The notes under the pieces are model-generated. The model saw nothing but the letters and a program-made list of their open reading frames with translations, searched no databases and was not told the origin of the DNA. From Octopus sinensis (taxonomy: Eukaryota): a stretch of 10,588 bases of DNA. The stretch is from the NCBI RefSeq assembly GCF_006345805.1, contig NW_021827390.1, forward strand, positions 1-10,588, written 5' to 3'. This document shows positions 1-7,560 of the stretch, piece by piece. Each line of letters starts with the position of its first letter. The first letter of the stretch is position 1. Both the position numbers and the translations under genes were made by a program.

Positions 1-307
1 GGAGCACTAGGAATGATCAAGAAGGAACCGAAAATTATATGAGAATGATCCCTGGCTTACCATCCCTGCAAGAAGTGCAAAAGATTGTCTTAACAGGTAC
101 ATCACACGTATTGAGAAGAGCATGGTCGATGTGAGAACTGTTGCTGCTCATGTATTTTAATTTAACTTTAAAAAAAAAAAAAAAAATGAACGAACTACTG
201 AGTTTGGTTTAATGGCCTACCAATGTATACTATGAGTTTCTTTGCCCTAGGTGTCGGGAAGACACTCGGCAAGAAATGGAAGCAAATTTGAAAGAAGAAA
301 AAAAAAA

Positions 308-356
<49 letters not shown>

Positions 357-360
357 TAAT
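1..360 (+). mobile_element. 3' end of an R4/Dong-clade (RLE-type) non-LTR retrotransposon: C-terminal ORF remnant, 3' UTR and (TAA)n tail
   Basis: Manual translation gives GALGMIKK (1-24), then after a -1 frameshift GTENYMRMIPGLPSLQEVQKIVLTGTSHVLRRAWSM* (stop at 132-134). This matches the typical R4-clade C-terminus pattern (G-x-LG...LQK..L..T..ILRR). The UTR has a hairpin gtgtc-gggaa-gacac (251-265) and ends in (TAA)n at 309-360. Confidence 0.8.
309..360. repeat. (TAA)n microsatellite, tail of the upstream LINE fragment
   Basis: Direct reading. Confidence 0.97.
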
Positions 361-362
361 TG

Positions 363-491
363 AAAATAGACCGACAGAATAAGTACTCGGCTTACAAAGA
401 ACAAGTCCTGAGGTCGATTTGCTCGACTAAAGGCTGTGCTCCAGCATGGCCGCAGTCAAATGACAGAAACAAGTAAAAGAGTAAAAGAGTA
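363..491 (+). mobile_element. 3' portion of a SINE ending in a (GTAAAAGA)2 tail
   Basis: It carries the aagtac...ctgaggtcgat-ttg-ctcgact module shared with the SINE arrays in this window, and ends in gtaaaaga gtaaaaga gta (473-491). It resembles a cephalopod SINE tail from memory. Confidence 0.6.
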
Positions 492-569
492 CATGTGATC
501 ACGTGACTGACCAGACTGTCATATGTTGTTACACATCGCTGGTCATGTTGTTATACATGCGTTTTTGCC

Positions 570-591
570 TATATATATATACACACACACA

Positions 592-667
<76 letters not shown>
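570..667. repeat. Compound (TA)n/(CA)n microsatellite
   Basis: Direct reading. Confidence 0.97.
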
Positions 668-869
668 ACGGGAAGCTTTATGAAAATAAACAAAAGACGA
701 AGACAGGTGGAACACAAACAAACAATTGTATTAGTATAGCGCTCAGGAATATAAATAAAAGAAGTCTTTTTACGTTCGAGCCTACGCTCTTCGACAGAAA
801 GATACACAGAAAAGAAACAAGGAGAGAAACAAGTAGAAGGAAAAAATGCGTGCAGAGGCTAGCGAATCA
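668..869 (-). mobile_element. Short cassette between TA tracts containing a hammerhead-like motif; probable Penelope-like/retrozyme terminal-repeat remnant
   Basis: About 200 bp of complex sequence flanked on both sides by (TA)n, with a hammerhead-like motif at 764-802 (-). The family assignment is inference. Confidence 0.4.
764..802 (-). ncRNA. Degenerate minimal type I hammerhead ribozyme-like motif
   Basis: Minus strand reads TCTTT CTGTCGA A GAGC-GTAG-GCTC GAA C GT A AAAAGA. Stem II is a perfect 4 bp and stem I is TCTTT/AAAGA. The core has T at A6 and has lost one A of GAAA. Confidence 0.5.
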
Positions 870-1065
<196 letters not shown>

Positions 1066-1161
1066 CAACCGGTCTTCTTTTTAGTTTCAGACTATCAAAT
1101 CCACTCACAAGGATTTCGTTGACCCAGGAATGTAGTAGAGAACATTTGGCCAAGGTGCTAC
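1066..1161 (-). mobile_element. Degenerate fragment of the tRNA-derived SINE family seen at 9306-9461
   Basis: Reverse complement gtagcaccttggccaaatgttctctactac...ccttgtgagtggatttgatagtctgaaactaaaagaagaccggttg aligns by eye to 9368-9461. Confidence 0.75.
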
Positions 1162-1260
1162 ACATACACACATGCATACACACACAAACACACATGCACA
1201 CGTACACATACATATACACACACACGCTCACATATACACACACACACATATATACATATG
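1160..1260. repeat. Degenerate (CA)n/(TA)n tract
   Basis: Direct reading. Confidence 0.9.
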
Positions 1261-1839
1261 TACTTGTGTGTTGTTTAATTATGCTTTTGTCAGAACACTT
1301 CCCTAAAACCCTTCATAATTATTATATCGTAATGCTTATCTACACGTCTCGCCAATAAAATACGTAATTATGTCACTTCTCAAATTCCATTAATGGCCCA
1401 CTCTTCTTTTTCCTCTTCCGCTGACCAATCCCCTAAATCCGTCTGTTCAGACATAAGAATTTAACTTCCCCTCTTAGCCTTTAGTCCTTTCTCTCCCTTT
1501 TCCTATTCAAATGGCGAACGTATATCTCGTCGTTAATCCAATCCTTTTTCTATCTTACCAACCGCTTCCCACCTCATGACATGTCAAGCAAACAACGCAC
1601 GTCTTTCTTCTAATGGTTTCGGGGCCCGAATCTAATGTTACCTTTAATTACCATACATATGAAATATTCATTGCAGACAATTCACACATACCCAACAGTC
1701 TCAGTTATACACCCACCTACGAACCGAAACCATTTTAGTTCCATCCTTAGGACATTCCAAGCATATATTTCTTCATTGTTAATCATACCTTTTGCTTGCC
1801 AACCATAGACCCCCCTCTACCTTACACACAATATCGAGA

Positions 1840-1840
<1 letters not shown>

Positions 1841-1877
<37 letters not shown>

Positions 1878-1925
1878 ATGATATATATTATATATATATA
1901 TACATACATAATATATATCATATAC
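1841..1925. repeat. Imperfect (TA)n tract
   Basis: Direct reading. Confidence 0.93.
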
Positions 1926-1926
1926 A

Positions 1927-2484
1927 CACGGGCGAAATGCTTAGCGGTATTTGGTCTGCCGTTACGTTTTGAGTTCAAATTCCGCCGAGGTCGACTTTGG
2001 CCTTTCATCCTTTCGGGGTCGATTAAATAAGTACCAGTTACGCACTGGGGTCGATATAATCGACTTAATCCATTTGTCTGCCTTTGTTTGTCTCCTCTGT
2101 GTTTAGTTCCTTGTGGGTAGTAAAGAAATAGGTATTTCGTCTGCCGTTACGTTCTGAGTTCAAATTCCACTGAGGTCGACTTTGCCTTTCATCCTTTCGG
2201 GGTCGATTAAATAAGTACCAGTTACGCACTGGGGTCGATATATTCGACTTAATCCGTCTGTCTGCCCTTGTTTGTCCTCTCTGTGTCTAGCCCCTTGAGG
2301 GTAGTAAAGAAATAGGTATTTCGTCTGCCGTTACGTTCTGAGTTCAAATTCCGCCGCAGGTCGACTTTGCCTTTCATCCTTTCGGGGTCGATAAATCAAG
2401 TACCAGTCACGTACTGATGTCGATCTAATCGACTGTCCTCCTCCCCAAAAATTTCGGGCCTTGTGCCTAGAGTAGAAAAGAATT
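1927..2484 (+). mobile_element. tRNA-derived SINE with internal tandem multimer (2 full ~184-185 bp units, a partial third unit and a 3' terminal segment)
   Basis: Units start at ggtatt(t) 1946, 2131 and 2315. Each has a B box gagttcaaattcc (1971, 2156, 2340). The terminal segment ccccaaaaatttcgggccttgtgcc...gaatt matches the end of the monomer at 6003-6175. The 5' A-box part of the head is missing. Confidence 0.88.
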
Positions 2485-2552
2485 CTTATTACTATTATAT
2501 TTTATATTATTATTATATTATTATTATTTTTATTATTATATTATTATTATTA

Positions 2553-2602
<50 letters not shown>

Positions 2603-2720
2603 CATTCAGTGTTTTATTTTTATAACGTGATTTCACTTCACTACCGAGCGCAGCCTCTGTGCCTTGGGTATGTGCTGTGATTTGTTGTGATGCTCTGATG
2701 TTTTATTATTATTATTATTA

Positions 2721-2771
<51 letters not shown>

Positions 2772-2819
2772 AATAATATAATAATAATAATGATAATAAT
2801 AATAATATAGTGATATAAT

Positions 2820-2853
<34 letters not shown>

Positions 2854-2885
2854 TAATATAATAATAATTATAATAATAATAATAT
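2485..2885. repeat. (ATT)n tracts switching to (AAT)n at ~2768/2769, interrupted by a ~100-bp island
   Basis: Direct reading. Confidence 0.95.
2604..2700 (-). mobile_element. Probable ~100-bp 3'-terminal stub of a non-LTR element inserted in (TAA)n
   Basis: Complex island flanked on both sides by (ATT)n. On the minus strand it ends ...cacgttataaaaataaaacactgaat followed by (AAT)n. It resembles an octopus LINE 3' end from memory; no coding evidence. Confidence 0.45.
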
Positions 2886-3715
2886 TATACGCGCAACAGA
2901 TTAGACCGTTGGAAAAGAAAACTTCACAACATCGGGCTACAACGAGTAACCTTAGATGCCAAGACCCCACCTAAGTATCCTAGCGGTTATTAATAACACT
3001 GTTTTCTGCAGCTGAACAGGGTTTTATGCCCATTTCCTCTATCCATCTGTTCAGATCTTTGCCTATTTCTTCCATCCATCTGTTCAGATCTTTAGAGATA
3101 GTTCCCGATACACCTATAACTACTGGGATACATTTTACCCTCCCGTAGTCTCTGTAATTCAATAGCTGAGTTCTGGTACTTTCCTATTTTTCTATACTTC
3201 TTGTATTAATGTTTTCCTTGTTTGAGACTGTAAAGTCAATTATCTGGGCTTTTTCTATTCTCTTTATCTACTACTAATAAATCAGGCCTTTTAGCTTCTA
3301 TCACTCAGTCAGTCTTAATGTTGAAGTCCCACAACATTTTACATTTCTTACTTTCTAGTACTTTATACTACGTTCATATTCATACCAGTTATCAGTACGT
3401 TCAAATCCTAGTTTTCTACATAACTCCCCGTGGATTTATTTCTGTCCCAAGATTCTCATGTCTTTTCTTCTATCCTTTCTATGCCAGCATGCTAAATTCA
3501 CTTACTATATGAGTAACTCTTCCCTATTTTGATTTGCATAATCTACATTGGGAATCAACTTGGCTTTTGTCTATCTTGGCTTTTATCCAATTAGTCCTTA
3601 ATGCCTGATCTTGTGGTGCTCCTAGCAAACGCTCTGCCTCCCTCTTAAGCCTTCCTTTTATCAACCATAACAATATCTCTCTAGTACTATTTGCTGCAAC
3701 TATCTTCTAGTATTA
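2886..3715 (-). mobile_element. 5'-truncated, decayed R4/Dong-clade LINE: zinc knuckle and restriction-like (PD-D/ExK) endonuclease remnant plus 3' UTR
   Basis: Manual minus-strand translation across stops and frameshifts gives WLIKGRLKREAERLLGAPQDQALRTNWIKAKIDKSQVDSQCRLCKS (CRLCKS at 3530-3547), then VTHIVSE, RH, LWDFNI (3317-3334), KRPDLLVVD (3266-3292), IIDF, IPVVIGVSGTISKDL and QLQKTVLLITARILRWGLGI* (stop at 2952-2954). These are hallmark R4-clade motifs. Confidence 0.9.
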
Positions 3716-3825
3716 CTCACACCACTTCCGCTTCCATTTCCACCATGTTTAACTTCAACTTTCCCATTGCCAGTTCCGGCCAACTCGCTACCGTTGGCCT
3801 TGTCGCTCCTACCGTGCTCCATATT

Positions 3826-3988
3826 TTCGGTTATATCGGACCCCAGTACTTGGCTGGTTGTTTATTTTATCAAATTCGATGGGATGAAAGGCAAAGTGGA
3901 ACGCAATGTGGTCAGAACGTAAAGATCTGGAAGAAGTGCCGCTAAGCATTTTGTCCAACTCACTAATGATTCCACGAGTTCGCTGCCT
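3826..3988 (-). mobile_element. Old, degenerate SINE copy related to the array family
   Basis: Reverse complement includes ggacaaaatgcttagcggc...ttacgttctga...ctttgcctttcatcc...gataaaataa...agtactggggtccgatataa, collinear with the head and core of 1927-2484. Confidence 0.7.
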
Positions 3989-4046
3989 TCCATGATACAC
4001 AGCGTACAATCATCGCACACTCTCCCACACATACACATATACGTGC

Positions 4047-4465
4047 ATACCTATTTCTTTACTACCCACAAGGGGCTAAACACAGAGAGGACAAACAAGG
4101 ACAGACATAGGTATTAAGTCGATTACATCGACCACAGTGCGTAACTGGTACTTAATTTATCGACCCCGAAAGGATGAAAGGCAAAGTCGACCTCGGCGGA
4201 ATTTGAACTCAGAACGTAGCGGCAGACGAAATACCTATTTCTTTACTACACAAGGTGTTAAACACAGAGAGGACAAACAAGGACAGACACACGGATTAAG
4301 TCGATTACATCGCCCCCAGTGCGTAACTGGTACTTAATTTATCGACCCCGAAAGGATGAAAGGCAAAGTCGATCTGGGCGGGATTTGAACTCAGAACGTA
4401 ACGGCAGACGAAATACAGCTACGCATTTCGCCCGGCGTGCTAATGTTTCTGCCAGCTTACCGCCT
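4047..4465 (-). mobile_element. tRNA-derived SINE with intact head and two tandem ~182-184 bp units, lacking the 3' terminal segment
   Basis: Minus strand starts aggcggtaagctggcagaaacattagcacgccgggcgaaatgcg (A-box-like tggcagaa..ttag), followed by the B box gagttcaaatccc. Unit junctions atac(c) lie at 4413, 4231 and 4047. Confidence 0.88.
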
Positions 4466-4851
4466 TTAATATATGTGTATACCTACACGCAGGCAAATAC
4501 GAACTTATACATACAACGTTAAGATGGGAAATTCACAAACGCCTGGCTACTTTCTCGACCTCCGTGAATCGATATATTGTATGGAAATGAGAGAGAAAAA
4601 TCTTCAAAGTTGGAGCGATAAAACATTGATATATATTCACAAATATTTGGCAAAACAAGGGAAGTTTGTAGGCCATTTCCCTTCACTTATTGAATATGAA
4701 TGAGTTGTGTGAAAGATGACTGTTGTCATTATTTATAAAAGAATGTTTTTGATCTGTCAACATCTGTTCTTTGTAGTATATTATAAAAGGAATTCCAGCT
4801 AATTTAGTTTCGCCCACGTGTAGTTGTAAGGTGGCAGAATGTACAGCGCGA

Positions 4852-5225
4852 GTGGAAGTGCAATGGCCCAATGGTTAGGGCAGCGGATTCGCGGTCGGAG
4901 GATCGCAGTATCGATTCCCAGACCGGGCGTTGTGTGTGTTTTTTGAGCGAAAACACCTAAAGCACCACGATCTCCGGCAGCGGGTTGTGGCGATCCCTGT
5001 TGTACTCTTTCGCACCAAACTTCCTCTCATTCTTTCTTCCTGTTTCTTGTCCCGGACTTCCTCCGCAACCGCTGAGCCTGGATGCGCATACATCCATCCG
5101 TCGATGCTCTCGGTGTCGGGGGGTTGACCCACTTTCTCTTCTGCGGGTCTTACGAATAGCAAAGGACCACGTTTCGGACTTCTCCCATCTTGCGAGCTTT
5201 GTGACGAAGACCGTTCGCTCAACAA
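4852..5225 (+). mobile_element. GC/CpG-rich tRNA-derived SINE of a second family
   Basis: A box tggcccaatgg (4864-4874) and B-box-like gtatcgattccc (4908-4919) at tRNA spacing, followed by a long GC-rich body. The 3' boundary is uncertain. Confidence 0.7.
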
Positions 5226-5230
5226 CTGCA

Positions 5231-5375
5231 AGCGCAGCTGTGTGGTTAAGAAACTCTTTTCATAATCACACGGTTCTGTGTTCGATTCCATTGCAGTGTA
5301 CCCTAGGCAAGCGTCGTCTAACATGGCTTCATTTTAACCCCGATGCTTTACCCTGTGAGACGAATTTGATAGGAT
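5231..5375 (+). mobile_element. Degenerate SINE copy related to 9306-9461
   Basis: gctgtgtggttaag...cacacggttctgtgttcgattccattgcagtgtaccctaggcaagcgtc...ctgtgag...gaatttgatag is collinear with 9306-9440. Confidence 0.55.
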
Positions 5376-5451
5376 AAGTTCATCATAGCTCACAAATTTT
5401 CCCACGAATTATCCTTATGATATAAATAAACACACATACATACCTACAGTC

Positions 5452-5474
5452 ACAACACACAAACACACACACAC

Positions 5475-5541
<67 letters not shown>
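5452..5541. repeat. (CA)n/(TA)n microsatellite
   Basis: Direct reading. Confidence 0.95.
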
Positions 5542-5545
<4 letters not shown>

Positions 5546-5589
5546 AACATTACGTTATATAATTAGGGTTCAGTAAAATATTTTATATA

Positions 5590-5683
5590 ATACTGGGAAT
5601 ACATACAATGCCCTTCTCTGCCCTAGGTGTATGGAAAACACTCGGCGAGAAACGGAATAAAATTTGAAGAAAGAAGGAAAAAC

Positions 5684-5716
<33 letters not shown>

Positions 5717-5731
5717 TAATAATAATAATAA

Positions 5732-5733
<2 letters not shown>
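5590..5733 (+). mobile_element. Short 3'-terminal stub of the same R4-like family as 1-360, with (TAA)n tail
   Basis: 5620-5668 matches 244-292 at 42/49 positions (manual count). Both are followed by an A-rich linker and (TAA)n. Confidence 0.8.
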
Positions 5734-5762
<29 letters not shown>

Positions 5763-5800
5763 AAGAAGAAGAAGAAGAAGAAGAAGAAGAAGAAGAAGAA
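5685..5800. repeat. (AAT)n followed by perfect (AAG)n
   Basis: Direct reading; switch at ~5733. Confidence 0.97.
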
Positions 5801-5920
5801 TATCGAAAAATACCTTTAGGAAAGAAAACCCAGGTTCGAAAATTTCCCAAGACACCTGATGAATGCTGGAGGGTATATCAGCCGAAACGTTGCGTTAACA
5901 ACAAACAAGATGAGGACAAA

Positions 5921-5921
<1 letters not shown>
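5801..5921 (+). mobile_element. Short hammerhead-bearing cassette between microsatellites; probable Penelope-like/retrozyme terminal-repeat remnant
   Basis: 121 bp of complex sequence bounded by (AAG)n and (ATT)n, containing the motif at 5851-5896. The family assignment is inference. Confidence 0.5.
5851..5896 (+). ncRNA. Minimal type I hammerhead ribozyme motif (likely impaired copy)
   Basis: GACAC CTGATGA A T GCTGG-AGGGTATA-TCAGC C GAAAC GT T GCGTT. Both core boxes are intact. Stem II is 5 bp (one G-U). Stem III is replaced by the palindrome AACGTT. Stem I is GACAC/GCGTT with one mismatch. Confidence 0.72.
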
Positions 5922-5956
<35 letters not shown>

Positions 5957-5969
5957 CATTATTATTATT
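5922..5969. repeat. (ATT)n microsatellite
   Basis: Direct reading. Confidence 0.96.
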
Positions 5970-6002
5970 GGCTCATCCTGTTACTATGATTTAGAAGGAG
6001 AC

Positions 6003-6174
6003 GTGTATTCCACTCGATCACGTTACGTTCTGATTTCAAATTCTGCCGAGGTTGACTTTGCCTGACATGCTTTCGGCGTCGATAAATTAAGTACCAGTGA
6101 AAAACTGGGGTCGATATAATCGACTAGTCCCTTACCCCCAAAATTTCAGGCCTTGTGCCTTCAATAGAAAGGAT

Positions 6175-6175
<1 letters not shown>
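6003..6175 (+). mobile_element. Monomeric, 5'-truncated copy of the array-forming SINE with its 3' terminal segment
   Basis: gttacgttctgatttcaaattctgccgaggttgactttgcc...aagtaccagt...ctggggtcgatataatcgact followed by ccccaaaatttcaggccttgtgcc...gaaaggatt. Confidence 0.82.
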
Positions 6176-6226
<51 letters not shown>

Positions 6227-6314
6227 GCTGCTGCTGCTGATGCTGCTGCTGCTGCTACTGCTACTACTACTACTACTGCTGCTGCTGCTACTACTACTAC
6301 TACTACTATCCACC

Positions 6315-6377
<63 letters not shown>

Positions 6378-6446
6378 GCTGCGCTGCTACTGCTACTACT
6401 ACTACTACTGCTGCTGCTGCTACTACTACTACTACTACTATCCACC

Positions 6447-6516
<70 letters not shown>

Positions 6517-6591
6517 ATGCTGCTGCTGCTGCTACTGCTACTACTACTACTACTGCTGCTGCTGCTACTACTACTACTACTACTATCCACC

Positions 6592-6639
<48 letters not shown>
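6174..6639. repeat. Compound (TAC)/(TGC)/(CAC) microsatellite with three higher-order units
   Basis: The marker tatc(cac)5 recurs at 6307, 6439 and 6584. Confidence 0.95.
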
Positions 6640-6641
<2 letters not shown>

Positions 6642-6864
6642 ACATTCGATAGTTTCAGGCAAATTTCTACAGTATCACCTGCTGCACCTCCCTGTTGTTG
6701 GGACGTGCCAAGCATTGTGTGTTCTTTTTGTTGTTATTGTTGTTGGTGGGGGGGGGAGTGAAAATTCTTCCTGAAATGGTATTGCGTCAGTTTGTTTTGC
6801 TTGAGGTCTTGTTGCAGTCTTTTGTTATATCAATGTTTGTACTGCGTGAGTAATGCGTGTTATG

Positions 6865-6879
6865 TTATTGTCATTATTA

Positions 6880-6958
<79 letters not shown>

Positions 6959-6974
6959 GTTATTGTTATTGTTA

Positions 6975-7009
<35 letters not shown>
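6865..7009. repeat. (ATT)n with a (TTATTG)n patch
   Basis: Direct reading. Confidence 0.96.
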
Positions 7010-7560
7010 GAGTGAGAGATCAGTGCATGCCATCAAAGTGACACTGGGGTAAAATATACGAAGCCCAGTATACCCATCATGACTACCCGTCTGATAAGGG
7101 TACACCAGGCACATGCATCACAACCATATGTGCGCGACATGGTGATCTTATAAGATAAACAGCACATGACCTTGCAGGTGGGGCCCAGTTAGAATTTTCT
7201 TCTGGTCGAGTAGCCCATCCCGCTCAAAAGGTCCCTGAATAAGGGTTGTTTAAGGATGTTGAACGAAACACCCCTGTTTCGAAATGTGAATTATTCAAAC
7301 TCCAAATAATCCCTCTCAACACATGGCTATGATGCTCCCCCACTACTTCTGCTCATGATCAGAGATGCACATATCGTCAGCCACTAAGGGACATGCTCAA
7401 CTGGTTAAGGTCAAACAACTGACAAGCAAATCTGTGGTATTGAGCAGAATATTTGCTGTAGCCCATCTTTTATACCAAGACAAAATAATGTACCTTATAA
7501 CACTTGCAATCAGTTAAGATCAGAAGTCATGAGAGCCACTGCCTGGTACTGCATCAGGGC

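Noticed and set aside
1340-1835. Pyrimidine-skewed unique-looking sequence
   Set aside because: No ORF, repeat match or structure could be supported by eye.
2174-2225. Possible HDV-like ribozyme in the SINE core (gtcgact/ggtcgat pairing with a terminal G-U)
   Set aside because: No 3-bp P3 with a 7-nt loop, no GG for P1.1 and no P2 partner could be built by hand.
1946-2430. Regularly spaced repeats suggestive of a CRISPR array
   Set aside because: Whole ~184-bp units are repeated with no unique spacers, the context is eukaryotic, and there are no cas genes.
4852-4925. Possible tRNA gene
   Set aside because: It has A/B boxes, but no clean cloverleaf or acceptor stem, and it runs into a SINE body.
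4875-5377. ORFs of 149, 65 and 130 aa with complex sequence
   Set aside because: They overlap GC-rich SINE sequence where stops are rare, and show no recognisable protein motif.
7043-7069. Twister-like AAGCCC hairpin
   Set aside because: The loop is too long, and the GUCC and pseudoknot partners are absent.
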